A DNA stretch of 64,000 bases from an uncultured archaeon (GCA_964384995.1 CAYLMJ010000001.1:24221-88220), one strand, 5' to 3'. Shown: positions 8,343-18,434, counted from the first letter of the stretch. Translations and numbers: made by a program. The notes: generated by a model not told the origin, from the sequence alone.

Positions 8343-10478
8343 ATGCCAGATATCAACAGAGAGAGCGGAACCGACACGGGAACCGACGGTCATCTGGACC
8401 ATGGCAAAGTGGGCAAGACCCCTCCTGCCAACCGGCTCATCCACGAGACCTCCCCCTACCTGCTCCAGCACGCCCGCAACCCGGTGGACTGGTACCCCTG
8501 GGGCGATGAGGCCCTGCGGAGGGCGAAAGAGGAGGCCAAGCCCATCCTGCTCTCCATCGGCTACTCGGCCTGCCACTGGTGCCACGTGATGGAGCGGGAG
8601 TCGTTCGAGGATGAGGCCACGGCGGCCCTGATGAACCAGCACTTTGTCAATGTCAAGGTGGACCGGGAGGTGCGTCCCGACCTGGACGCCGTCTACATGG
8701 CGGCCACCCAGACCATGAACCGGGGGCAGGGGGGCTGGCCCATGACCGTCTTCCTGACCCCCGAAGGAGAGCCCTTCTTCGCCGGCACCTATTTCCCTCC
8801 AGAGGACAGGTACGGACAGCCCGGTTTCCCCACCCTGCTGAGGAGCATCGGCCGGCTGTGGGAGGAGGACCGGGAACAGCTGGTTGAGCAGGCGGGCAGG
8901 CTCACCGAGCATCTGCGCAAGACGGCGGTGCCGCCGACGGCCGGGACCATCACCCGGGAAGAGCTGGCCGGGACCCTGAGCCATTTCAGTGACCGGTTCG
9001 ACCTCCTGCACGGCGGCTTCGGTCCGGCGCCCAAGTTCCCCCAGCCCGAGGGGCTGTCATTCCTGTTGCGGCTATACCATCGCACAGGTGATGCCGAGGC
9101 CCTGAGGATGGCCGAACGGACCCTGGAGGCCATGGCCCATGGCGGCATCTACGACCACATCGGCGGCGGCTTCTTCCGCTACTCCACCGACGCCCGCTGG
9201 CTGGTGCCCCACTTCGAGAAGATGCTCTACGACAACGCCCAGCTGGCCCGGGTCTACCTGGAGGCCCACCAGGTCACTGGCAAAGAGCTGTATCGCAAGG
9301 TCGCCTCTGAGACGCTGGACTACCTGCTGGCCGAGATGACCTCGCCCGAAGGTGGTCTCTACTCGGCCACCGACGCCGACTCCGAAGGGGTTGAGGGCAA
9401 GTATTTCGTGTGGACCTCGTCCGAGATGGAGGCCATCCTGGGCAAAGATACAGGACGGCTGTTCTGCGCATACTTCGATATCACCAGAGAGGGCAACTGG
9501 GAAGGATTCTCCATTCCCAACACCCCCCTGCTCCTGGAGGAAGTGGCCCTGACCCTGCAGGTGCCTGAGGTTGAGCTGGCTGAAGAGCTCGCCGTGGCGC
9601 GCAAGAAAGTGTACGAGGCCCGGCTGGAACGGGTGGCCCCTGGATTGGACGACAAGGTCCTGACCGGCTGGAACGGATTGGCCATCATGGCCCTGGCCGA
9701 GGGCTACCGGGTGCTGGGGGACGTACGATACCTCGAGGCCGCCTCCAGAGCCGCCGACTTCCTGCTGACCAGGATGAGGGGGAGCAAGGGGGAACTGATG
9801 CGGGTGTGGTGCAAGGATCAGGTGAGCCAGCTGGGGTTCCTGGAGGACCACGCCTATCTCGCCCAGGGTCTGACAGACCTATACGAGGCCGGTGGCGAGG
9901 TGCGCTGGCTGGAAGAGGCCCGGCGTCTGGCCGACATCGTCCTCGAACGGTTCCAGGATCCTGACAGCGGAGCCTTCTATTCCACCTCCAACCAGCACGA
10001 GCGATTGATCGTGCGAGAGGTGGAGGGCACCGACGGGGCGACCCCCTCGGCCAACAGCGTGGCCGCAAGCGTTTTGGCCCGCCTGTCTTACCACTACGAT
10101 GATAAGCGATTGCGGAAGGCCGCAGGGGAAGGCCTGGCACCCTTTGGCAAGAGGATGGTGGCGATGCCATTGGGTTTTGCCAGCGGTCTGACCGCCATGG
10201 ACCTGCTCCTGGAGGGGGGTGTTGAGCTGACCCTGGTGGGCTCCCCCGGACGGCCCGACCTCGAGGCCCTGAGGGAGCGGGTGAACGGACTTCACATCCC
10301 CAACCGGATTGTGGGTCGCAGGGACCCCGAACGACCCGAGGTTGACCAAACGCCCATGGTCCAGGGCAAGGAAACGGTGGATGGAAAGGCCGCACTCCAC
10401 CTCTGCAAGGACCGGACCTGTCAGGCACCCATAACCGACCCCGATGAGGTCACGAAGGTCCTGGAAGGAATGAGATGA
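8343..10478 (+). CDS. Thioredoxin-domain protein of the YyaL/DUF255 (SSP411-like) family
   Basis: [22 protein letters not shown] ... [21 protein letters not shown] followed by a long alpha/alpha-toroid-like region. GGAGG lies 8 nt upstream of the ATG. Confidence 0.9.
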   Translation: MPDINRESGTDTGTDGHLDHGKVGKTPPANRLIHETSPYLLQHARNPVDWYPWGDEALRRAKEEAKPILLSIGYSACHWCHVMERESFEDEATAALMNQHFVNVKVDREVRPDLDAVYMAATQTMNRGQGGWPMTVFLTPEGEPFFAGTYFPPEDRYGQPGFPTLLRSIGRLWEEDREQLVEQAGRLTEHLRKTAVPPTAGTITREELAGTLSHFSDRFDLLHGGFGPAPKFPQPEGLSFLLRLYHRTGDAEALRMAERTLEAMAHGGIYDHIGGGFFRYSTDARWLVPHFEKMLYDNAQLARVYLEAHQVTGKELYRKVASETLDYLLAEMTSPEGGLYSATDADSEGVEGKYFVWTSSEMEAILGKDTGRLFCAYFDITREGNWEGFSIPNTPLLLEEVALTLQVPEVELAEELAVARKKVYEARLERVAPGLDDKVLTGWNGLAIMALAEGYRVLGDVRYLEAASRAADFLLTRMRGSKGELMRVWCKDQVSQLGFLEDHAYLAQGLTDLYEAGGEVRWLEEARRLADIVLERFQDPDSGAFYSTSNQHERLIVREVEGTDGATPSANSVAASVLARLSYHYDDKRLRKAAGEGLAPFGKRMVAMPLGFASGLTAMDLLLEGGVELTLVGSPGRPDLEALRERVNGLHIPNRIVGRRDPERPEVDQTPMVQGKETVDGKAALHLCKDRTCQAPITDPDEVTKVLEGMR

Positions 10479-10484
10479 ACCGCC

Positions 10485-12164
10485 TCAGGCCAGGCCTTCC
10501 ACCACGCCGTCATCGCTGAGCTTCATGTTCACCGCCGCGGGCACACGGCCCAGGCCGGGCATCTGGTTTATCTGGCCGGCGATGACCACCACGAAGCCGG
10601 CGCCATTGGAGACGTAGGCGTCACGGACCAGGAACTTGTAGCCGCTGGGAACGCCCTTGCGAGCGGGATTGTCGGATATGCTGGACTGGGTCTTGGCAAT
10701 GCACACCGGCAGGTGGCCGAAGCCGTTGGCCTCCAGGCGGGCGATGGACTTCTTGGCCTGCTTGTCGAACACCGTGACCGCCGCGCCGTAGATCTCCTTT
10801 GCGATGGTGTCCACCTTCTCCTCGATGGGTCGGTCCAGGTCGTAGAGGGGGGACTGGCAGGGGTGGTGGGTGTCGGCGATGTCCACCACCAGCTGGGCCA
10901 GGTCCACGGCCCCCTCGCCGCCGTCCACGAAGGCGGTGTGGACGGCCCACTTGACCCCGATGGTGTCGATCAGAGAGCCCAGCAGTTCCACCTCGGCGTC
11001 TGTGTCCGAGGCGAAGCGGTTGATGGCCACCACCACCGGGACCTTGTACTTCTGCATGTTCTCCACGTGCTTGGCCAGGTTGGCGAAGCCCTCATTCAGG
11101 GCCTCCAGGTTCTCGGTGCGCATCCCCTCCAGGTCCCGCTCGTCGACGCCGCCGTGGACCTTCAGGGCCCGGATGGTGGCCACGACCACCGTCACGCTGA
11201 CGCACAGGTCACCCTGGCGGGCCACGATGTTCATGAACTTCTCGGCCCCCAGGTCGGAGCCGAAGCCGCACTCGGTGACCACGTAGTCCCCCAGCTTAAG
11301 GGCCAGGTAATCGGCCAGCAGGGAGTTGGTGCCGTGGGCGATGTTGCCGAAGGGGCCGCCGTGGATCAGGGCCGGCGTGTGCTCCAGGGTCTGCACCAGG
11401 TTGGGATTGATGGCGTCCCGCAGGAGCAGGGCCATGGAGTCGGCGGCCGCAAGGTCCCGGGCGAAGATGGGTTTCTCGTCGTAGGTGTAGCCAACCACGA
11501 TGCGGCCCAGCCGCTCCTTCAGGTCGGCGATGGACTCGGCCAGGCAGAGGATGGCCATGACCTCGGAGGCGGCGGTGATGACCCAGCGGTCCTCCCTGGG
11601 CACGCCGGTGAGCCGTCCGCCCAGGCCCACCACGATGTTGCGCAGGACCCGGTCGTTCATGTCCACCGCCCGGGGCCAGGTCATGCGGTTCACGTCGAAG
11701 TTGAGGGGGTTGTTGAAGTGGATGGAGGCGTCGGCCAGGGCCGACAGGAGGTTGTGGGCCGAGGTGATGGCGTGCATGTCCCCGGTGAAGTGAAGGTTGA
11801 TGTTCTCCATGGGCACCACCTGGGAGTTACCTCCGCCGGCCGCCCCGCCCTTGATGCCGAACACCGGACCCAGCGAGGGCTCGCGGATGCAGATGAGGGA
11901 GCGTTTCCCCAGCCTGCCCAGGGCCTGGCCCAGCCCCACGGTGGTAAGGGTCTTGCCCTCGCCGAAGCGGGTGGGCGTGATGGCCGTCACCAGGATGAGC
12001 TTGCCGTCGGGTTCATCCTTCAGCCGCTGGCAGACCTCCAGCTTGACCTTGGCCATGTGGGGTCCGTAGGGCAGTATCTCGTCCTCTTCCAGTCCCAGTC
12101 CGGCGGCGATCTCCTTGATGGGTCTCAACCTCGCCTGCCGGGCTATCTCCACATCGGGAAGCAT
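10485..12164 (-). CDS. fhs: Formate--tetrahydrofolate ligase
   Basis: 559 aa. DVEIARQ N-terminus, TPTRFGEGKTLTTVGL, PSLGPVFGIKGGAAGGG, and a full-length FTHFS-like sequence. Confidence 0.95.
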   Translation of the reverse strand: MLPDVEIARQARLRPIKEIAAGLGLEEDEILPYGPHMAKVKLEVCQRLKDEPDGKLILVTAITPTRFGEGKTLTTVGLGQALGRLGKRSLICIREPSLGPVFGIKGGAAGGGNSQVVPMENINLHFTGDMHAITSAHNLLSALADASIHFNNPLNFDVNRMTWPRAVDMNDRVLRNIVVGLGGRLTGVPREDRWVITAASEVMAILCLAESIADLKERLGRIVVGYTYDEKPIFARDLAAADSMALLLRDAINPNLVQTLEHTPALIHGGPFGNIAHGTNSLLADYLALKLGDYVVTECGFGSDLGAEKFMNIVARQGDLCVSVTVVVATIRALKVHGGVDERDLEGMRTENLEALNEGFANLAKHVENMQKYKVPVVVAINRFASDTDAEVELLGSLIDTIGVKWAVHTAFVDGGEGAVDLAQLVVDIADTHHPCQSPLYDLDRPIEEKVDTIAKEIYGAAVTVFDKQAKKSIARLEANGFGHLPVCIAKTQSSISDNPARKGVPSGYKFLVRDAYVSNGAGFVVVIAGQINQMPGLGRVPAAVNMKLSDDGVVEGLA

Positions 12165-12186
12165 GGGGGGTTATGGGCCCTGGAGT

Positions 12187-12717
12187 TTAGGATTTGCGGT
12201 CCTTAACCTCATGTGGCCCCTCAGGCCTCTCCTCCACCGCAGGGGTGGGCAAGCTCAAGAGGTACAGGGTGACCAGCGAGGGGATGAGGATGAGGATGAC
12301 CCTCAGGTACAGCCCCCGGATGAATAGGATGAGGGTGACCAAGATGGTGGTCCACATGAGGAGAATGGCCCTGGCCTTGATCTTGAGCGGCAGACCCTGA
12401 CCCTCCCGGTAATCCCGGATGTATCGGCCGAACCAGGGGTGGTGCAACAGCCAGGCGTTCAGGCGTCGAGAGCTCTTGGAATAGCAGGCGGCGGCCAGGA
12501 GGAGGAAGGGCGTCGTTGGCAGCAGGGGCAGGACGATCCCGATGACCCCCAGACCCAGCGAGATGTGGCCCATGATGATGAGCAGGACGCGCAGGAACCG
12601 ACTGGATACCAGACCCTCGTTTGGGTCCACCTCCTCATCCGATGCCGGTGGGGTCTCCGCCGGCGGCAGGGTCTCAGGGCTCTCGCGGTCCATGGAACAG
12701 GCAGACTCAGTTCTCAA
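12187..12717 (-). CDS. DUF454/YbaN-family inner membrane protein
   Basis: GIVLPLLPTTPFLLLAAACYSKSSRRLNAWLLHHPWFGRYIRDY motif block preceded by an acidic, Pro-rich N-terminal extension. Confidence 0.75.
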   Translation of the reverse strand: MRTESACSMDRESPETLPPAETPPASDEEVDPNEGLVSSRFLRVLLIIMGHISLGLGVIGIVLPLLPTTPFLLLAAACYSKSSRRLNAWLLHHPWFGRYIRDYREGQGLPLKIKARAILLMWTTILVTLILFIRGLYLRVILILIPSLVTLYLLSLPTPAVEERPEGPHEVKDRKS

Positions 12718-12928
12718 GCTACATAGTCATTTGTCTTGAACGAGGATGACCCATCGGCCCCCAGCTTGAACCTGGCCCTTGCATCACCCAGTTGCATGCT
12801 GGTTGCAATTGTAGGGTTCAAGTAATTATCTGTGCTTATTTTAATTACATCGCATTTAAGTTCAAACTACGCTATTGTATAGATGTGGCACAGCCACAAA
12901 ATACCCTGTATGACCACCGGGTGATACC

Positions 12929-14158
12929 ATCAAGCGACTACTGATCCTTGGAGCAGGCAGCGGCGGCACGATGCTGGCCAACAAGATGCGCAAGAAGCTC
13001 TCGAACCAGGAGTGGGACATCACAGTGGTCGACCGTTTCAGGACCCACTACTATCAGCCCGGTTTTCTCTTCGTGCCCTTTGGCATCAACAAGCCCAAAC
13101 AGATAACCAAGCCCCAGAGCCAGTTCTTTCGCAAAGGCATCCAGCGCATCCAGGCCAAGGTGGAGAAGGTGGTCCCGGCATCGAACCGGGTGGAGCTGGA
13201 CAGCGGCGAGACGCTGGAATACGATTATCTGGTGATCGCCACCGGGACCCGCATCGTTCCCGAGGAGACCGAGGGCCTTGCCGGCGAGGGCTGGCACCGC
13301 GATATCTTTGACTTTTACACCTACGAGGGCTCCGTGGCCCTGGCCGAGAAGCTAAAGGACTGGAAGGGAGGCAAACTGGTGGTCTCCATCACCGAGATGC
13401 CCATCAAGTGCCCGGTGGCGCCCCTGGAGTTCGTTTTCCTGGCCGACTGGTGGTTGACCAAACGGGGCCTGCGCGACAAGGTGGAGCTGACCTACGTTAC
13501 CCCCCTTCCGGGGGCCTTCACCAAACCCAAGGCGGCAAAGCTCCTGGGCAACATGCTGAACGAGCGCAACATCAAGCTGGAGGCCGATTTCGCCACCGGC
13601 AGTGTGGACAGCGAGAGGCGCAAGCTCATCTCCTGGGATGAACGGGAGGTGGACTACGACCTGCTGATCATCACCCCGGTTAACATGGGCGCCGATTACA
13701 TTGAGGCCTCGGGCCTGGGCGACGACCTGAACTATGTGCCCACCGACCCCCACACCCTGCGTTCCAAGGCCCATGAGAACATCTTCGCCCTGGGCGATGC
13801 CACCAACCTGCAGACCTCCAAGGCCGGCTCGGTGGCCCACTTCCAGGCCGAACTGCTGGAGCAGAACCTTCTGCGGGCCATCCGTGGGGAGCCCCTGAAG
13901 GGCGATTTCGACGGCCATGCCAACTGCTTTGTGGAATCGGGATACGGCAAGGCCATCTGCATCGACTTCAACTACGACACCGAGCCTCTGCCTGGTAAGT
14001 TCCCGTTCAGCCACATCGGCCCCCTCTCCCTGCTCAGGGAGACCCGCATCAACCACTGGGCCAAGCTCATGTTCAGGCTGATCTACTGGCGCCTGCTCAA
14101 GGGGCTTAAGGTGCCCATGAAGCCCCAGATGTCCATGAAGGGCAAGGTGACCGAATGA
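12929..14158 (+). CDS. Sulfide:quinone oxidoreductase-like FAD-dependent oxidoreductase (start uncertain; first ATG is 12971)
   Basis: YYQPGFLFVPFG, PIKCPVAPLEF, FALGDATNLQTSKAGSVAHFQ, GHANCFVESG. The GxGxxG strand (KRLLILGAGSGGT) is encoded at 12932-12970, upstream of the first canonical start. Confidence 0.8.
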   Translation: MKRLLILGAGSGGTMLANKMRKKLSNQEWDITVVDRFRTHYYQPGFLFVPFGINKPKQITKPQSQFFRKGIQRIQAKVEKVVPASNRVELDSGETLEYDYLVIATGTRIVPEETEGLAGEGWHRDIFDFYTYEGSVALAEKLKDWKGGKLVVSITEMPIKCPVAPLEFVFLADWWLTKRGLRDKVELTYVTPLPGAFTKPKAAKLLGNMLNERNIKLEADFATGSVDSERRKLISWDEREVDYDLLIITPVNMGADYIEASGLGDDLNYVPTDPHTLRSKAHENIFALGDATNLQTSKAGSVAHFQAELLEQNLLRAIRGEPLKGDFDGHANCFVESGYGKAICIDFNYDTEPLPGKFPFSHIGPLSLLRETRINHWAKLMFRLIYWRLLKGLKVPMKPQMSMKGKVTE

Positions 14159-14230
14159 GGTACCAACCCATGGCCATGACCAAAAATCACTTTGAAGATC
14201 ATCCAACAACAAATCCCTGGAGGAACAATT

Positions 14231-14545
14231 TTGACCCAAGCTGAATATGGAGGCCACACCGTGGAGGTGGACGATGAGGGCTTCCTGACCGACCCCAACA
14301 CCTGGAACAAGGATATCGCCCTGGCCATCGCTGCCGAGGAGAACATCCAGATGTCCGACCGCCACTGGGTGGTCGTGGACTTCATGCGCGCCGACTTCAC
14401 CGAGAAGGGGCAAGCCCCCACCATCCGCCGCATCACCAAGGCGGGCGGTGTGCCCACCAAGGAGCTCTACGCCCTTTACCCCGGTGGACCGGCCAAGAAG
14501 GCCGCCCGCATCGCCGGGCTGGGGAAACCCACTGGCTGTCTCTGA
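14231..14545 (+). CDS. TusE/DsrC-family sulfur-relay protein (single C-terminal Cys type)
   Basis: VDDEGFLTDPNTWNKDIALAIA ... HWVVVDFMR ... C-terminal GKPTGCL. No second Cys 10 residues upstream, so TusE-like. TTG 14231 is preceded by GGAGGA. The track start 14192 (TTG) is an alternative. Confidence 0.85.
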   Translation: MTQAEYGGHTVEVDDEGFLTDPNTWNKDIALAIAAEENIQMSDRHWVVVDFMRADFTEKGQAPTIRRITKAGGVPTKELYALYPGGPAKKAARIAGLGKPTGCL

Positions 14546-14554
14546 GGTGACAAG

Positions 14555-15046
14555 ATGACCGACGAACCCGTCAAGGAAGAACCCATCCGCAAGCTGTCCA
14601 TCATCTGCTCCAAGGGCACCCTGGACATGGCCTATCCGGGCCTTGTGCTGGCCAATGCCGCCCGCATGGTGGGCATCGAGGTGAACCTCTTCTTCACCTT
14701 CTGGGGCCTGGAGATGATCCACAAGGAGCACCAGCACAAGATCAAGGTGGCCTCGGTGGGCAATCCCGTGCCCTACATGCCCATCCCCTCCATCATGGGG
14801 ATCCTTCCGGGCATGTCAGCCATGGCCACCAAGATGATGAAGAAGGAGATCGAGCGCATTGACGCCCCACCCATCCCCGAGTTCGTGGAGATGGTGGCTG
14901 ATTCGGGCGCCCACCTCTACGCCTGCAAGATGTCCATGGACATGATGAAGTTCACCCAGGATGACCTCGTGGAGCATGTGGAAGAGGTGCTGGGAGCCAT
15001 CGAGTTCTACGATAAATCGGCCGGCGCCCAGATCATCTTCATCTGA
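14555..15046 (+). CDS. DsrE/DsrF-like family protein
   Basis: LSIICSKGTLDMAYPGLVLANAA ... FFTFWGL ... LYACKMSMDMM pattern of DsrE2-type proteins. GAGGTGA SD lies upstream. Confidence 0.8.
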   Translation: MTDEPVKEEPIRKLSIICSKGTLDMAYPGLVLANAARMVGIEVNLFFTFWGLEMIHKEHQHKIKVASVGNPVPYMPIPSIMGILPGMSAMATKMMKKEIERIDAPPIPEFVEMVADSGAHLYACKMSMDMMKFTQDDLVEHVEEVLGAIEFYDKSAGAQIIFI

Positions 15047-15119
15047 ACTGATTTCCTGTCAGCTCAACTGTCACAGCTAGAACTAGAGCCAGGAGGCTCA
15101 CATCTGAGCTTCCTCAGCT

Positions 15120-16460
15120 TCAGACCTGCACGGCCAGGGGTTCGGAGGGGTCCGCGCCTTTGGCTCGGATCTCGTAGCGGCACTCTTTCTCGCCTGTGGC
15201 CCGGCAGCACTGCTTCTCCAGGGAGCATTCCAGGCCCAGCTTGACGCCCACGACCCCCTCCAGGATGCCCTTGTCCAGCTGGCACAGCAGGGTGCCCATC
15301 ATCTCGGGGGTGTCGCAGTTGGCGGCATCCTGAACGGTGAACGTGACACCGTCATCCTCCTCCTTCACTATCAGCTTGCCGAACTTGAGCTCCTCCCACA
15401 GGGGACCCATCTCGTCCCACAGGTCGGAAAGGGTCTCGGCCTCCATCTGGTTGGCGATCTCCCTGCCGATGCGGTTGCCCACGATGCGGAGCATGTTGGT
15501 GGTGTCGATGCCGAAGTCCTCCAGGGAGTACCTGAAGGGCTCCTTGTCGTTGCCGGCCGGGAGCTTGCCCCGCTCGCGCTCCTCGATGATGTCCCTCAGG
15601 CGCTGGTACATGGAGCCGTGGCCCAGCTCCAGCTTCAGGGGCTTGAGCACCAGACCGGTCTCCAGCTCGGTGATGCGGTCGGCGGCCGGGACCCCGTTGT
15701 CCCACAGATGCTCGAAGAAGTTGCGCTGGGCGTGGATGAAATCGGGGGAGTTCATCCACAGGGCGGTGTCATCGGTGCCGCTGGAGCCCCGGCGGTCGTC
15801 CAGGGATACCGACAGCAGGACCTCCCGATCGTCGATGACCAGCAGGTTGAAGTTGGGGATCTCGAAATGGGTGATATCATGGTCCTCGGCCAGGATCTTG
15901 GCCTGGCGCAGGTTGGGCTCGTTGATCTGGGTCATGACGCGGACTGTCAGACCGGCGGGCTGGCGCTTCTTTAGGGTGTTGAACAGACCGGCGGCCTTGG
16001 AGCGGATCAGGGCCTCCTGGGTCACCAGCAACCGGACCTCATGGTCGGCCGCCTCCACCATGCTCTCCACCTGCATCTGGATGTTCTTGCGCTCCTTGAT
16101 AATGCGGAAGCGATGCTCCACCTCGGATTCCACCTGGCTGAGCTTGACGTACTGTCCCAGGGTCTTCTTGGTGTCGTCGATCCGCTGGATCTCCAGCTCC
16201 TTCTCCTTGATCAGCAGTCCCAGGGCCTCCTCCACCGGGCGGGGCACGAACTTCATGGGCTTTTCCATGGTGGCCTCCACCAGGCCGTGGTTCTGGAGCT
16301 TCTTCAGTGAGTTGTAGGCGTCCATGCGGGAGAATCCGGCCCGCTTGGCCACCTCGGAGGCCTTGGCGATGCCGCCCATCAGGAGGCTGAGATAGGTCCG
16401 GGCCTCCTTGTCCTCCAGTCCGCATTCTTTGAGCCGTTCGATGATCTCGCTCTCTTTCAT
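15120..16460 (-). CDS. TrmB-family transcriptional regulator with a C-terminal Cys-rich V4R-like domain
   Basis: N-terminal winged HTH (LEDKEARTYLSLLMGGIAKASEVAKRAGFSRMDAYNSLKKLQNHGLV), a TrmB-type coiled linker and middle domain, and a C-terminus of LLCQLDKGILEGVVG ... CSLEKQCCRATGEKECRYEI. Confidence 0.8.
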   Translation of the reverse strand: MKESEIIERLKECGLEDKEARTYLSLLMGGIAKASEVAKRAGFSRMDAYNSLKKLQNHGLVEATMEKPMKFVPRPVEEALGLLIKEKELEIQRIDDTKKTLGQYVKLSQVESEVEHRFRIIKERKNIQMQVESMVEAADHEVRLLVTQEALIRSKAAGLFNTLKKRQPAGLTVRVMTQINEPNLRQAKILAEDHDITHFEIPNFNLLVIDDREVLLSVSLDDRRGSSGTDDTALWMNSPDFIHAQRNFFEHLWDNGVPAADRITELETGLVLKPLKLELGHGSMYQRLRDIIEERERGKLPAGNDKEPFRYSLEDFGIDTTNMLRIVGNRIGREIANQMEAETLSDLWDEMGPLWEELKFGKLIVKEEDDGVTFTVQDAANCDTPEMMGTLLCQLDKGILEGVVGVKLGLECSLEKQCCRATGEKECRYEIRAKGADPSEPLAVQV

Positions 16461-16869
16461 GGTTGGTCCTCGACGGTTCGGTCACACCCGATTGGTCTTT
16501 GGTTATTTTAGACCCTCGACCAAGTCCTGCGACCTTCTGGTCCGAATCCATAATCAGCAGGGGTGTGTTGTTCCTGTTGCAGAATGAACGAACTTTTTGA
16601 TATTTGGCTCGAGGTTTCATAATTTTTCATATTTGTTCATTGAACCGCGTGTCCTCCCGGGAATGGCAAGCCAACGCCGGAAAACCGAAACCCTTTAATA
16701 TTCGGTCAAAGGACCAGTCCAATTTTAATATAAACAATGGCGACTGATGGCATGATTGAGACGGGGGGTCTCCCGGGCATCGTTCTGTCTGGTGGGTTAA
16801 AAAACTGAAAATCCAGCCTAGCCAAGGTGTGGTTTCCTGCCCGCCCTTGATTTTGGTTCCTTTCGATCT

Positions 16870-16897
16870 CAGCATCACACGTATGTTGATGATGCTG
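16870..16897. promoter_or_regulatory. 8-bp perfect inverted repeat (CAGCATCA-N12-TGATGCTG) in the regulator/hcp intergenic region
   Basis: Read directly. Located between the divergent TrmB-like gene and hcp. Confidence 0.3.
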
Positions 16898-16931
16898 GTT
16901 TGCAGGCTACAGAACGGATGTTCAGCCATCA

Positions 16932-16979
16932 GAGCCTCCCTTTTGAGGTCATTATAATTATTCAGCTTTTAAGAGGCTC
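16932..16979 (+). promoter_or_regulatory. Putative hcp promoter: TATA-like ATTATAATTA (16951-16960) bracketed by inverted repeat GAGCCTC / GAGGCTC
   Basis: A/T box about 60 nt upstream of ATG 17016. GAGG SD at 17004-17007. 7-bp arms at 16932-16938 and 16973-16979. Confidence 0.4.
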
Positions 16980-17015
16980 ATCCTCTGGAATCCCATATCA
17001 TCCGAGGAACCATTC

Positions 17016-18308
17016 ATGTACTGCAATCAATGTGAACAGACCGCAAAGGGTGTGGCCTGCACCATCAAGGGCGTTTGCGGCAAGAACGAGGACCTGCAGA
17101 GCCTGCAGGAGACCCTGGTCTATGGACTGAAGGGCATCGCCGCCTATGCCTACCATGCCCGGGAGCTGGGCCAGAGGGATGAGCAGGTGGACGCCTTCAT
17201 GCACGAGGCCCTATTCAAGACCCTCACCAACGTGGACTTCTCACTTGATTCCCACATCCAGACCGCGCTCAAGGCCGGGGAGATGAACCTGCGAACCATG
17301 GAACTGCTGGACCGGGCCAATGTTGAGAACTTCGGCAGTCCCGAGCCGGCCGAGGTACCCACAGGCACCTTCACGGGACCGGGCATCCTGGTCACCGGTC
17401 ACGACCTGCACGACCTTCATGAACTGCTCCTTCAGACCGAGGGCACGGGCATCAACATCTACACCCACGGCGAGATGCTGCCGGCCCACGGCTATCCCAA
17501 GTTGCGTGCCTTCGATCATTTCAAGGGCCATTACGGAGGCGCCTGGCAGCTCCAGAAGCGGGAGTTCGCCGAGTTCATAGGACCCATCCTGGTGACCACC
17601 AACTGCGTCATGCCCCCTTCCGACAGCTACAGGGACCGGGTCTACACCATCGGCATCACCGCCCTGGAAGGAGTCAAGCACATCGAGTCCCGCAAGGACT
17701 ACTCGGCCATCATCGAGGACGCCAAACTGCTGGGCGACATCGGTGAGAACCCCGGCAAGCCCCTGACCACCGGATTCCATCACAACGCCATCCTGGGCCT
17801 GGCCGACAAGATAGTGGAGGCGGTCAAGGCGGGCAAGATCAAACGCTTCTTCCTCATCGGTGGATGCGACGGCGCCAATCCCGGACGCAACTACTACACC
17901 GAGCTGGCCGAGAAGATCCCCGACGATTGCGTCATCCTGACCCTGGCCTGCGGCAAGTTCCGCTTCAACGACCTGGACCTAGACGACATAGACGGCATCC
18001 CAAGGTTGCTCGACATGGGCCAGTGCAACAATGCCTACTCGGCCATCCAGGTGGCCCTGGCCCTGGCCGAGGTCTTCGAGTGCGGGGTCAACGACCTGCC
18101 CCTTTCCATCGTGCTCTCCTGGTTCGAGCAGAAGGCGGTGGCCATCCTGCTGACCCTGCTCCATCTGGGGGTCAAGAATATGCGCATCGGACCCAAGCCT
18201 CCGGCCTTCGTTAGCCCCAACGTTTTCAAGGTGCTCCAGGACAACTACAACCTCCAGCTAATCGGCGACCCCGACAAGGACCTGGAGGCCATGCTGGCAG
18301 GCAACTGA
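17016..18308 (+). CDS. hcp: Hybrid-cluster protein / hydroxylamine reductase (short, class III-size)
   Basis: MYCNQCEQTAKGVACTIKGVCGK N-terminal Cys cluster. GHDLHDL, YTHGEMLPAHGYP, NCVMPP and GGCDG blocks. 430 aa. Confidence 0.95.
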   Translation: MYCNQCEQTAKGVACTIKGVCGKNEDLQSLQETLVYGLKGIAAYAYHARELGQRDEQVDAFMHEALFKTLTNVDFSLDSHIQTALKAGEMNLRTMELLDRANVENFGSPEPAEVPTGTFTGPGILVTGHDLHDLHELLLQTEGTGINIYTHGEMLPAHGYPKLRAFDHFKGHYGGAWQLQKREFAEFIGPILVTTNCVMPPSDSYRDRVYTIGITALEGVKHIESRKDYSAIIEDAKLLGDIGENPGKPLTTGFHHNAILGLADKIVEAVKAGKIKRFFLIGGCDGANPGRNYYTELAEKIPDDCVILTLACGKFRFNDLDLDDIDGIPRLLDMGQCNNAYSAIQVALALAEVFECGVNDLPLSIVLSWFEQKAVAILLTLLHLGVKNMRIGPKPPAFVSPNVFKVLQDNYNLQLIGDPDKDLEAMLAGN

Positions 18309-18434
18309 GACCCCGACCGGACGGCAGGACATTGGGCCACAAACCTCACCATTCTGTGGCACCACCCGATGGAGCCATCGGCTGAAACGGTGGAACACAG
18401 GGCCGGTTTAATATCGGGCCTTCACTGCATCGCC

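Noticed and set aside
7515-9011. 498-aa minus-strand ORF spanning sod and the yyaL-like gene
   Set aside because: It has the Arg/Gly/Pro/His-rich composition typical of off-frame or antisense reading of high-GC DNA. It overlaps two strongly motif-supported genes. The same reasoning rejects 2747..4195, 3490..4362, 10713..12206, 13352..14737, 18408..19559, 19904..21064, 22161..24173, 25586..26683, 36684..37805, 38955..40448, 42257..43306, 46875..47753, 50574..51878 and similar track entries.
16627-16929. 100-aa minus-strand ORF in the regulator/hcp spacer
   Set aside because: It lies in A/T-rich promoter-like DNA, has an implausible composition, no SD or TATA context and no motif. It would occupy the whole divergent promoter region.
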